DNA from: Candidatus Yanofskybacteria bacterium
GTDB lineage: Bacteria; Patescibacteriota; Minisyncoccia; 2-02-FULL-40-12; IGHO2-12-FULL-4
Reading direction: 5' to 3'
DNA length: 64,000 nt
Assembly: GCA_016185525.1 (NCBI GenBank)
Contig: JACPNK010000002.1
Location: 11,616-75,615 of the forward strand
Shown: positions 48,033 to 56,805 of the stretch, one piece after another
Layout of the letters: the number at the start of each line of letters is the position of its first letter
Position numbering within the stretch: position 1 is the stretch's first letter
The notes under the pieces: model-generated
What the model saw: the letters and a program-made list of their open reading frames with translations, nothing else
What the model was told of the DNA's origin: nothing
Databases searched by the model: none
Position numbers and translations under genes: made by a program

Positions 48033-49649
48033 TTAACTATAAAATAGTAAAGTTATTTCTTCTCTAACCCCAATATTTCTAAGAAAATTTCTATCATGAG
48101 AAATAACTATCAGAGCTCCTTGAAAGTTTAATAAAGCGCTCTCTATTTGTTCAATACTATCTAGATCTAAATTATTTGTCGGTTCATCCAAGATAAGTAA
48201 TTGCGGGGGTTTATCTCCAGCCAAAATACAGGCAAGTGCGGCGCGCATTCTTTCACCGCCACTTAACACTTCTACTTTTTTAAAAACGTCCTCATTTCTA
48301 AATAAAAACCTTGCTAACCATTTTCTCGCAATATTATCATCAAGATTTGAAATATGTTTTAAGTTATCAATTAAGGTTTTATCTTTTTGCAAGACAGCAA
48401 CGTCCTGGTCAAGATAGGCAAATTTATCTACTCCCAAGGAAACCTCGCCGTTTAATGGCTCAAGTTCTTTTAGAAAAAGTTTAATAAGTGTTGTTTTGCC
48501 AGAACCATTTGGTCCATTAAGAGCAAGGCGAATTGGGCCGTGAAGTGAAATTGTAAAATTCTGAAATAATGGCTTGTTGTCTTCATAAGAAAAATTTAAA
48601 TCCTTAGTTTCTACTATCAGTTTTCCAGTCGGAACTTTGGTGCCGGAAAGATCAACATTAATTTGGTTTTCCGGCGAAATTTTTGCTTTTGCTTCGTCTA
48701 AATTACTTACTGCGCCTTCAATTCTTTTTTCATGCAACTTCTGAAGTCTTGATGAAGTGGTCTCGCTCGTTTCTTTCATTTTGCCCAGGATAATTTTGGG
48801 CATACCAATTTTATCTCTCAACTTTTTACCCTGGCTTGATCTTTTTTGTTGCTTTTCCTTTGTTCTTTGTGCTTGTTTTTTTATTTTCTTTAGCTCTTGT
48901 TCTGCGCCCACCAACTGTCTTTTGACAGCTTGTTCTTCAAGTCCTTTTTGCTCTTTATAGTTATCATAATTGCCGCCATAGATTTTTAGTTTTCCATTGG
49001 AAAGTTCTAGAATTTGGTCTAATAAATTTAGCAAATTTCTATCGTGGCTAACTACCAATAAACCATGTTGCCAATTTTTTATAAGTTCGTAAATAATTTC
49101 ACGCGATTCTCGGTCTAGATTATTTGTCGGCTCGTCAAGAATTATAAACTCCGGCTTGGAAATCAATAACTTGGCAATGACGACTTTTGTTCTTTCGCCG
49201 CCGCTAAGACTACTCAATACGCGGTTTAGATTTAGCCCCTCAATTTTCAATCGCTTAAATATTTCTGATATTCTACTTTGGATATCCCAATCTTTTCCAA
49301 CTACTTCAAGTAGCTCTGAACTTTTGTTCCCGCTTTCAACCTTGTTCAGTGCTTCCAATTTTTCTTTCACGCCAAGTGTCTCGGATACGGTTTGTTGAAG
49401 ATTTAACTGGTAATCCTGCGGCAAATAAACTATATGTCCCGCTCTTTGAATTTTTCCACTTGTAGGTTCTAATTCCCCAAAAAGCAAACGCAGGAGGGTT
49501 GTTTTCCCGCTTCCATTTTTGCCAACTAATCCGGTTTTTTCACCATTGAAACTAACTGATAAATTTCTAAAAATCGAAACTCCGCTCCTTACTTCAAAGG
49601 AAATATCATTGGTAACAATTATTGAATCGTGATGTTTTTGCCGATTCAT
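48033..49649 (-). CDS. ABC-F family ATPase
   Basis: Two NBDs (GKNGSGKT, GPNGSGKT), two LSGGE and two LDEPTNNLD; no TM. Confidence 0.92.
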   Translation of the reverse strand: MNRQKHHDSIIVTNDISFEVRSGVSIFRNLSVSFNGEKTGLVGKNGSGKTTLLRLLFGELEPTSGKIQRAGHIVYLPQDYQLNLQQTVSETLGVKEKLEALNKVESGNKSSELLEVVGKDWDIQSRISEIFKRLKIEGLNLNRVLSSLSGGERTKVVIAKLLISKPEFIILDEPTNNLDRESREIIYELIKNWQHGLLVVSHDRNLLNLLDQILELSNGKLKIYGGNYDNYKEQKGLEEQAVKRQLVGAEQELKKIKKQAQRTKEKQQKRSSQGKKLRDKIGMPKIILGKMKETSETTSSRLQKLHEKRIEGAVSNLDEAKAKISPENQINVDLSGTKVPTGKLIVETKDLNFSYEDNKPLFQNFTISLHGPIRLALNGPNGSGKTTLIKLFLKELEPLNGEVSLGVDKFAYLDQDVAVLQKDKTLIDNLKHISNLDDNIARKWLARFLFRNEDVFKKVEVLSGGERMRAALACILAGDKPPQLLILDEPTNNLDLDSIEQIESALLNFQGALIVISHDRNFLRNIGVREEITLLFYS

Positions 49650-49703
49650 GAAGTGAATTTATAAGCGAATTCTAACAAAGATTTTACAATTTAAAAACCC
49701 AGC

Positions 49704-51542
49704 CTAGTAGCTGGGTTCATCGCTTGCTTCTTCTTTAAGCTTCTTAATCTCGGAAAGATATTCAGTTTCTGTTTTCAAAAATTGGTTGAACAGGCCATTG
49801 CTTTGTACAAGCTCTTGATGCGAGCCTGATTCAACTATTTTCCCGTTATCCAGAACGATTATCTGGTCTGCTTGCCTTATCGTGCTTAAACGGTGGGCAA
49901 TAATGAAAATGGTTGCCAATCTTTTTTGCATCAAGTTATCAATTGTTTTTTGAACTTCTGCTTGGGATTCGGCGTCAAGCGAACTGGTTGCCTCGTCTAA
50001 AATCAAAATCTTTGGATTCCTAACGAGCGCTCGTGCGATTGCCAATCTTTGCCGTTGTCCGCCAGAAAGTTGAACTCCGTCCTCACCGATTAAGGTTTCC
50101 AGGCCTTTTGTCGTTTTTTCAACAAACTCCCAAGCATCTGCTTTTTTAAGAGCATCTACAACTTCGTCTGTGGTTGCTGAAGGCTTGGCTTTGCGGACAT
50201 TTTCTGCAATCGTGCCGTCAAAAAGATCAATTTTTTGGGAAACAATTGCTATCTCTTTGCGGTAACGATTATAATCCAACTCTTTCAAATCAATACCGTC
50301 AATTAAAATTTTTCCTTCGGTGGGGTCGTATTCTCTGATAAGCAAGGAGGCAAGAGTTGTTTTGCCGCTACCGGTTCGTCCGACAAAAGCCACACAGTGA
50401 AACGGCCGGACAGAGCAGTTGATTTTTTTAAGTATCGGGGTTTCAACACCGGGATATTTCATATTTACATTTCTCAATTCTACTTTTCCACGCATTCCTG
50501 ATTCCGGCCACTTGGGTTCTTTCGGCTGTATCACTGAAGGAATAATATCCAGCATGGCGCAGATTTCTCTGCCGGCTTCTTTGCCTTCATTCAGATGGCG
50601 TTCTAAGTTGTAGAAGCGGTAAAGATTGGAAAATATTCTTTCCATCCAGGCGGTTGCAAGAATGATTGAACCCCATTGGGCCGGGTCTGAAAATTTGAAT
50701 ATAGCGCCATACATTATCGCTCTGAATAAAGAAATGATGTCTTCTTTGCGATTGTAGTTTTTTCTAAAAATTTCAAACCTCGGCCTTTCTTTTTCGCAAA
50801 AATCCATCAAGAGTTTATCGTTTTCTCGGTAAGATTCTTCTTCAATTCCGAGCTGTTTTAGAATTCGCCAGTTTTTAACCAGCTCTGCGCCGTGCCTTTC
50901 TATTTTTTTCATTTGCTCGCGGAATTGTTTGCGCAAGGGCTCCATAATTTTTTCAGTTTTAATCAGAGAAATTGTAAAAGCAGCGATTGTTACCAGAGCA
51001 ATTGCGCCAAAATGCAGTCCTAACCACCAGATTCCCATGGCGGTAAAAATTATCCTCAAAGTGATTGGCGCGGTATTAAAGAGAAATTCGTCAGCTAAAT
51101 TTTCAACTTTTGTTACATTTTTAGCGACAATAGACTCTTTCTCTCCGGTGGAATGCTGAATATGCCAATCAGTCCCCAGTTTTTGCTGGCGGTATTGGCA
51201 GTAGTTCCATAAAGTCGCCCAGGTCAGCCAAAAGAAATGATTTCTGGGTTTATCCATTTTGTAGTGGATACGTGTGCCAAAGAGATAAACAACAAAGATA
51301 AGAATGCAGATACTTGCCATTGTTGTTATGGGCCACTTTTGGTTAAAGCCGTCAAAGAACCACTTGACCGGATAAGGCTCTAATACCATTACAAGTTCAG
51401 CAACAAGGGTCCATAAAACGAATTTTTTACCGAGGGTTTTTAATTCGGAAATTTTGCTTTCCAATACCGGGTCTCGAATAGTCTTTTTTAGGACCCGGAA
51501 CATTTGTTTATATGTCATTCCTTGGCCTATTTTTTCTTCCAC
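49704..51542 (-). CDS. ABC transporter, fused permease/ATP-binding
   Basis: N-terminal TMD; GRTGSGKT, LSGGQRQR, LDEATSSLD and AHRLST motifs. Confidence 0.92.
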   Translation of the reverse strand: MEEKIGQGMTYKQMFRVLKKTIRDPVLESKISELKTLGKKFVLWTLVAELVMVLEPYPVKWFFDGFNQKWPITTMASICILIFVVYLFGTRIHYKMDKPRNHFFWLTWATLWNYCQYRQQKLGTDWHIQHSTGEKESIVAKNVTKVENLADEFLFNTAPITLRIIFTAMGIWWLGLHFGAIALVTIAAFTISLIKTEKIMEPLRKQFREQMKKIERHGAELVKNWRILKQLGIEEESYRENDKLLMDFCEKERPRFEIFRKNYNRKEDIISLFRAIMYGAIFKFSDPAQWGSIILATAWMERIFSNLYRFYNLERHLNEGKEAGREICAMLDIIPSVIQPKEPKWPESGMRGKVELRNVNMKYPGVETPILKKINCSVRPFHCVAFVGRTGSGKTTLASLLIREYDPTEGKILIDGIDLKELDYNRYRKEIAIVSQKIDLFDGTIAENVRKAKPSATTDEVVDALKKADAWEFVEKTTKGLETLIGEDGVQLSGGQRQRLAIARALVRNPKILILDEATSSLDAESQAEVQKTIDNLMQKRLATIFIIAHRLSTIRQADQIIVLDNGKIVESGSHQELVQSNGLFNQFLKTETEYLSEIKKLKEEASDEPSY

Positions 51543-51621
51543 AGTTATCCCCGCTAGTGTAAAAGTGCGATATAATACTATATAGTATACTTATATTTAT
51601 GTCAAGTTTTTAGGATATTTC

Positions 51622-51650
51622 AATCTGTTGAAGTTAAACTTCAACAGATT
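51622..51650. repeat. REP-like palindrome
   Basis: AATCTGTTGAAGTT-A-AACTTCAACAGATT, 14-bp perfect arms. Confidence 0.8.
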
Positions 51651-51856
51651 ACGGGGTGTGGATAAGTTTTGTTAGCAATTTGAGAGTTATTGTGGATATA
51701 ATTAAAACTAGGGTCGTAACTTCTTAAAAAGTTTATCAAGTAAAAATTAGTTCTAAGTTTGTAAAGTTCGTCAAGTTATAAAGTTTAAAGAATAAGAAGA
51801 TTATTCAATCAACTTTATGAACTTTATGAACCTGATGAACTTCTTAACTTAATATT

Positions 51857-52009
51857 ATGTGGACCTGGATTTTAGTTGTAGTAGTCGTTGTTGCCGTTTT
51901 GGTATGGTGGATGAAAAAGAAAGGAAAGAAATCGGACGGCGGGATGTCGGGAATGTCCGGTGGCAATATGCCTATGGGCGGAGGCCAAATGGGCGGCGGC
52001 AATATGTAG
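51857..52009 (+). CDS. 50-aa small membrane protein with Gly/Met-rich tail (not in ORF track)
   Basis: MWTWILVVVVVVAVLVWWMKKKGKKSDGGMSGMSGGNMPMGGGQMGGGNM*. Confidence 0.75.
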   Translation: MWTWILVVVVVVAVLVWWMKKKGKKSDGGMSGMSGGNMPMGGGQMGGGNM

Positions 52010-52078
52010 TTTTGCGAAGTTTTTACTTTACTCAAAACTCCGTTTGAAAACGGGGTTTTGTTTTGCTATCATTGAGTT

Positions 52079-52933
52079 ATGTCTTGGCAAACCTTGGGTT
52101 TTCAGAAAAACAAGGAATTTTTTGAAAAAATTGTCCGAAATGGTGAGCTTGGCCACGCTTATTTATTTACAGGTCAAGAGATGATAGGCAAGAAAAGATT
52201 TGCTCTGGATCTGGCGGGTCTGGTCAATAGTTCTGGAATTGACTTTGAGAATGACCCAAATCTTTTGATTCTGGGTGGTGAAAATGGAATCTCCATTGAC
52301 CAAGTTAGAGATCTTAAAAAGTTTTTAAGTTTTAAGCCTTATAGCGGTAGTTACAAAATTGCTGTCATAAACGATTGCCATCTTATGTCCCAAGAGGCGG
52401 CTAATGCCCTTTTGAAGGTTTTGGAAGAGCCGGCTTCTCATTCTTTAATTATTCTAGTTACTTCAAATCCAAATTCTTTACTGCCGACAATTTATTCCCG
52501 TTGCGAAGAGATAAAGTTTGAGCCCCATATCCGCAGTCAACTACTTGGTCATTTAAAAGACATGGGACTAAGCCAGACTCAAGCTGAATTTTTGGCCGAT
52601 TTTTCCAATGGCCGTCCGGGACTAGCTTTCAGGTTAAAAGAAAAAAACAGCTTTAAAGAAATAAAAACAAAACTGGAGCAGTTTAATAAACTTTTAAAAT
52701 CAGATATAAATGAACGCTTTAATTTTGCGGAGAAAGCCTTACAGGAAAAAGAAGACCAAAACTTAAGCACGCTACTTTTGTACTGGATGTTTTATTTAAG
52801 GTCAGATTTGTCTAAGAGCTTGAAAATAAACCGAGGTAAAGTTTTAAAAAGCCTGCTGGAAGTGAATTATATTTTGTCCAAACCGCAATATAACCATAGG
52901 TTGGCTTTTGAAAATTTTTTATTGAGCTTGTAG
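52079..52933 (+). CDS. holB: DNA polymerase III subunit delta'
   Basis: HAYLF.G..GK, IDQVR, AANALLKVLEEP and LPTIYSRC motifs. Confidence 0.9.
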   Translation: MSWQTLGFQKNKEFFEKIVRNGELGHAYLFTGQEMIGKKRFALDLAGLVNSSGIDFENDPNLLILGGENGISIDQVRDLKKFLSFKPYSGSYKIAVINDCHLMSQEAANALLKVLEEPASHSLIILVTSNPNSLLPTIYSRCEEIKFEPHIRSQLLGHLKDMGLSQTQAEFLADFSNGRPGLAFRLKEKNSFKEIKTKLEQFNKLLKSDINERFNFAEKALQEKEDQNLSTLLLYWMFYLRSDLSKSLKINRGKVLKSLLEVNYILSKPQYNHRLAFENFLLSL

Positions 52934-53090
52934 TTGGCATATTGATTCTTCAGTATGCTCACTCCGCCAGCGTCTCCGTTCGCTCGCGACGTCGGCAAAT
53001 TTGAAATGAAGTTAGGAAAAATTATACTTCATTTCAACCATGCAATTTGCCTCCTCAGCGACTTCAGAACCAATATGCCAACTACAAGCT
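52925..53090. repeat. branched hairpin element E6
   Basis: 20-bp perfect terminal stem AGCTTGTAGTTGGCATATTG; CCAGCG; AATTATACT and AACCA.GCAA shared with subtype B. Confidence 0.8.
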
Positions 53091-53164
53091 AAGTCTGGTG
53101 ACAGCGAGTTTTCGCTAGAAGAAAACGAGTATCCGTAAAAAACAACAATTACAAAGCAAAAACC

Positions 53165-53710
53165 ATGGACTTAAATCAGCACAAAAAAGAGTTTGAAAAA
53201 ATTTTGGAACACTTTAGGGTGGAGGCGGCTTCGATTCGCACCGGACGAGCGGCCTCTTCTTTGGTTGACGAAATTATCGTGGAAAATTATGGCGCCAGAT
53301 ATAAGTTGAAAGAATTGGCGACTATTACTATTCCGGAACCAAAGACGATTTTAATACAACCGTGGGACAAAAGCGCCATCAGCGCCATTGAGAAGGCTAT
53401 CAAATCAAGCAATCTCGGTCTTAATCCAGTTTCCGACGCTCAAGGTATAAGGCTAATTCTGCCGTCTCTGACAGAAGAAAGAAGAAAAGAGTTTATTAAG
53501 CTATTGGGGCAAAAAACTGAAGAAGCCAGACAGAAAATACGGCATGTTAGGGGCAAAATTTGGGAAGATGTCCAAGAAAAAGAAAAAGCCCGTCAGATAG
53601 GTGAAAACGAAAAATTTAGAACAAAAGAAGACCTGCAAAAACTAGTTGACGAGTACAATCAAAAAATTGAAAAAGTTGAAAAAAAGAAGGAAGAGGAGTT
53701 GATGAGTTAG
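53165..53710 (+). CDS. frr: ribosome recycling factor
   Basis: IRTGRA, IQPWDK, LGLNP and LTEERRKE motifs. Confidence 0.97.
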   Translation: MDLNQHKKEFEKILEHFRVEAASIRTGRAASSLVDEIIVENYGARYKLKELATITIPEPKTILIQPWDKSAISAIEKAIKSSNLGLNPVSDAQGIRLILPSLTEERRKEFIKLLGQKTEEARQKIRHVRGKIWEDVQEKEKARQIGENEKFRTKEDLQKLVDEYNQKIEKVEKKKEEELMS

Positions 53711-53718
53711 ATTGTTGA

Positions 53719-53884
53719 GGGGTAGCACTTCTGAGGACGCTCAAAGTTGCGAGCAGCACGGTTTGTCAACGACCAGGCACTTTCTTAAAATCTTAGAAAG
53801 CGCCTGGCTCTTGACAAGGCGAGCAACTTTGCGCGATGAGAAAAACTCGCTGGGTTTTTCGAAGGTCCGAAGAGGTGCTACCCC
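53719..53884. repeat. branched hairpin element E7 (subtype A)
   Basis: Terminal stem GGGGTAGCACTTCT/AGAGGTGCTACCCC; core shared with E2 and E5. Confidence 0.9.
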
Positions 53885-53900
53885 GATACAACCAGAAGAA

Positions 53901-54983
53901 ATGTTTACGGTAATTATTTTCATAATTGTTCTCGGTATTTTGGTGCTGGTCCACGAGTTGGGCCATTTTGTGATGGCTAAAAGAGCGGGGATGAAGGTGG
54001 AGGAATTTGGCTTTGGCTTTCCGCCCAGAATTTTTGGTTTCAAAAAAGGGGAGACTGTTTATTCCCTGAATCTAATTCCTTTTGGTGGCTTTGTGAAAAT
54101 TTTTGGCGAAGATGGATCAGAAGAAGCATTGAGAAGTTCAAGAAGTTTTTCTTCCAAAAAGGCGGGCGTTAAGGCCGGAGTAATTGTTGCCGGTGTTACC
54201 ATGAATTTAATTCTGGCTTTTGTTTTGTTGTCCTTTGGTAATTTCTTGGGTTTAAGAGTTGGTTTGGCGGAAGGGAATACCAAGGCGTCAGATTTGAAAA
54301 TTCAAATCGTCCAAGTTGTTGCCAATAGTCCGGCTAAAGAAGCGGGATTGGAAATGCTGGATGAAATTGTTGGCTTGAGATTTGGCCAGAATATTTTAGA
54401 AATAAAAAATATTGACGAGGTTCAGAACTTTATAAACCAGAATAAGGGCAATAAAGTTTTCATTAAAATTAAGAGAGGCGGCGAGGTTTTAGAAAAAGAA
54501 GTTACTCCGCGCCTTGAGCCGCCACCCGAAGAAGGTGCTTTGGGAATCTCTATGGCTTTGACGGGAGTTATTAAATATCCTTGGTACGAGGCTGTCTACA
54601 GGGGCGGACAGCAGACTGGAATTTTGCTTATTAACACTGTTTACGGCTATGCCGGCATAATTAAAAATGTTTTTATAACCGGTTCACCGGGGGCTGAATT
54701 GTCCGGGCCCATAGGCATTGCTAAATTTACCGGCCAAGCGGCAAGAATCGGTTTTGCCTATCTGATCCAACTTACGGCAATCTTGTCAATCAACCTAGCG
54801 ATCTTAAATATTATCCCATTCCCGGCTTTAGATGGCGGAAGGTTGCTTTTTATAATCATAGAAAAACTAAAAGGCTCGCCTATTTCCAGAAAAGTGGAAA
54901 CCTTGGTCAATTCTGTCGGCTTTGCCCTTTTGATATTACTCATGATTTATGTTACAACAAAGGATGTAATAAGGTTTTTCTAA
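53901..54983 (+). CDS. rseP: RIP metalloprotease RseP (M50, PDZ)
   Basis: HELGHF, GFGFPP, GGFV and NIIPFPALDGG motifs. Confidence 0.95.
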   Translation: MFTVIIFIIVLGILVLVHELGHFVMAKRAGMKVEEFGFGFPPRIFGFKKGETVYSLNLIPFGGFVKIFGEDGSEEALRSSRSFSSKKAGVKAGVIVAGVTMNLILAFVLLSFGNFLGLRVGLAEGNTKASDLKIQIVQVVANSPAKEAGLEMLDEIVGLRFGQNILEIKNIDEVQNFINQNKGNKVFIKIKRGGEVLEKEVTPRLEPPPEEGALGISMALTGVIKYPWYEAVYRGGQQTGILLINTVYGYAGIIKNVFITGSPGAELSGPIGIAKFTGQAARIGFAYLIQLTAILSINLAILNIIPFPALDGGRLLFIIIEKLKGSPISRKVETLVNSVGFALLILLMIYVTTKDVIRFF

Positions 54984-54998
54984 GTACTCGTTAAGTTC

Positions 54999-55164
54999 AA
55001 AAGCTTCGCAGATACAGCCTTTTCGGTACTTTCGCTGACTCCAGCGATCAGCTCACTCGCTGTTCGCCTGGGTTTTGTCTGGAGTTACAGAATAATTATA
55101 CTCCAGCCAACCAAGCAAACCGCAGGCTCACAGCGACCTCAAAGGCTGTATCTGCTGCGCTTTT
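54999..55164. repeat. branched hairpin element E8 (subtype B)
   Basis: Similar to E3 and to the reverse complement of E4. Confidence 0.9.
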
Positions 55165-55171
55165 TATATAA

Positions 55172-56413
55172 ATGCGTTTATCACAATTATTCACCCGCAC
55201 CGAAAAAGAGGCGCCAAAAGATGAGGCAAGCGTAAATGCTCAACTTTTGGAAAGAGCCGGTTTTGTTTACAAAAATAATTCTGGAATTTACACCTATCTG
55301 CCTTTGGGTTGGCGGGTGATAAATAAAATCACGGCGATTATAAGAGAAGAAATGAACGCGATCGGCGGACAGGAGATGTTTATGCCGGCTTTAGTAGACA
55401 AAAGGTATATGGACTCCACTGGCCGCTGGGATGTGGAGGTGGCTTTTGAAGCCAAGGGCAAAAAAGAAAACGAAGCAAGGTTTACTCTCGGCTGGACTCA
55501 CGAGGAGGTTATCACAGAAATTGCCTCTAAGTATATCAGCTCATACAAAGACTTGCCGTTCTCTTCTTATCAGATACAAACTAAATTCCGCAACGAGCCC
55601 CGAGCGAAATCCGGCCTTTTACGGGGCAGAGAATTTTTAATGAAAGACTTGTATAGTTTTCATGCCTCGGAAGAAGATTTTTTGAGATATTACGAAAAAG
55701 TCCGCGGCGCTTATCACAAAATTTTTGAAAGATGCGGCTTGAAATCTTTCTACACTTTAGCGGCAGGCGGAGACTTTACGGCAAGCAATACTCATGAGTT
55801 TCAGGTTTTGGCGCCGGTGGGTGAGGATACTATTTTTATCTGCTCTAAATGCGAGTATGCCGAAAATAAAGAGATTTCTTCTCTAGCTAACGGTGGTTTG
55901 TGCTTAAAATGCGGCGGCAAAGTCAGGGAAGAAAAGTCCGTTGAAGTCGGCAACATTTTTCCTTTAGGCACTAAATACACCGAAGCTTTAAATTTACAAT
56001 TTACGGATGAACGGGGGAATAAAGAATTTGTGGTCATGGGTTCATATGGCATTGGTCTGGGCAGACTGATGGGAACTGTTGCCGAAATTTATCATGACAA
56101 AAACGGATTAATCTGGCCGGAGTCAATTGCGCCTTATAAATTTATTTTAATAACTCTAGACCACACCAAAGAAGAAGGGGATAAGTTATATCAAAAACTT
56201 TTGGAACAAGGGGCTGAAGTTTTATACGACGACAGAGAAGACAAAACCGCTGGCGAGAAATTTGCCGATGCCGATTTGCTGGGCATACCGATCAGGCTTG
56301 TAATTAGCCCCAAAACGTTAAAAGAAAAAAGCGTAGAGATGAAGATGAGAGGAAAAAAGGTGACAGAATTAACCAAACTCAAAGAAGTTGAAGAAAAACT
56401 GGACTTAAGCTAG
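55172..56413 (+). CDS. proS: proline--tRNA ligase (short form without INS editing domain)
   Basis: GIYTYLPLG, THEE, KFRNEPR..GLLRGREF.MKDLYS and MGSYGIG motifs. Confidence 0.95.
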   Translation: MRLSQLFTRTEKEAPKDEASVNAQLLERAGFVYKNNSGIYTYLPLGWRVINKITAIIREEMNAIGGQEMFMPALVDKRYMDSTGRWDVEVAFEAKGKKENEARFTLGWTHEEVITEIASKYISSYKDLPFSSYQIQTKFRNEPRAKSGLLRGREFLMKDLYSFHASEEDFLRYYEKVRGAYHKIFERCGLKSFYTLAAGGDFTASNTHEFQVLAPVGEDTIFICSKCEYAENKEISSLANGGLCLKCGGKVREEKSVEVGNIFPLGTKYTEALNLQFTDERGNKEFVVMGSYGIGLGRLMGTVAEIYHDKNGLIWPESIAPYKFILITLDHTKEEGDKLYQKLLEQGAEVLYDDREDKTAGEKFADADLLGIPIRLVISPKTLKEKSVEMKMRGKKVTELTKLKEVEEKLDLS

Positions 56414-56428
56414 TTACCAATTGGGCTA

Positions 56429-56458
56429 TTGACACCATGGCATCAAGTTTGCTATACT
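56429..56458 (+). promoter_or_regulatory. sigma70-type promoter P1
   Basis: TTGACA-18 nt-TATACT with extended TG. Confidence 0.7.
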
Positions 56459-56464
56459 GATAAA

Positions 56465-56734
56465 GCTCACCCAAAGAAGGGTGAGGGGCCAAAGGAGGGG
56501 CCCTGAAAACAAAAAACCCTCTCAACATAACCAACCACTCTTGTTGAAAAACAACGGAGGTGAGATTATGACTTGAAACCAAGCGCTTAGGCGCACGGTC
56601 TAAAAACCGCGGAACTTATAGTACCCAGGCGGGGAGCTGGTAAAATAAGGCTAAAAACCAGCTCCCACCCATTAAATAGTCCCGCTCTTTTGTTCTTTAT
56701 ATATTTTATTTAAAGAGCGGGGCTGCTTAATGGG
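56465..56734 (+). ncRNA. candidate structured RNA downstream of P1
   Basis: No credible ORF; several hairpins; GGAGGTGA followed by ATG-ACT-TGA. Confidence 0.35.
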
Positions 56735-56775
56735 TAATCCAAGGTTTACCCTTGGAAACATATCCTTGGAAACGC

Positions 56776-56805
56776 TTGACAGGGGTAGGGCGGTTGTGAT
56801 ATACT
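56776..56805 (+). promoter_or_regulatory. sigma70-type promoter P2
   Basis: TTGACA-18 nt-TATACT with extended TG. Confidence 0.7.

Noticed and set aside
53712-53900. N-terminal extensions of RseP, MFS, MBL hydrolase, UvrB and TruB in the ORF track
   Set aside because: They are read-through of the hairpin elements from alternative start codons, in differing frames and strands. Family-typical starts lie downstream.
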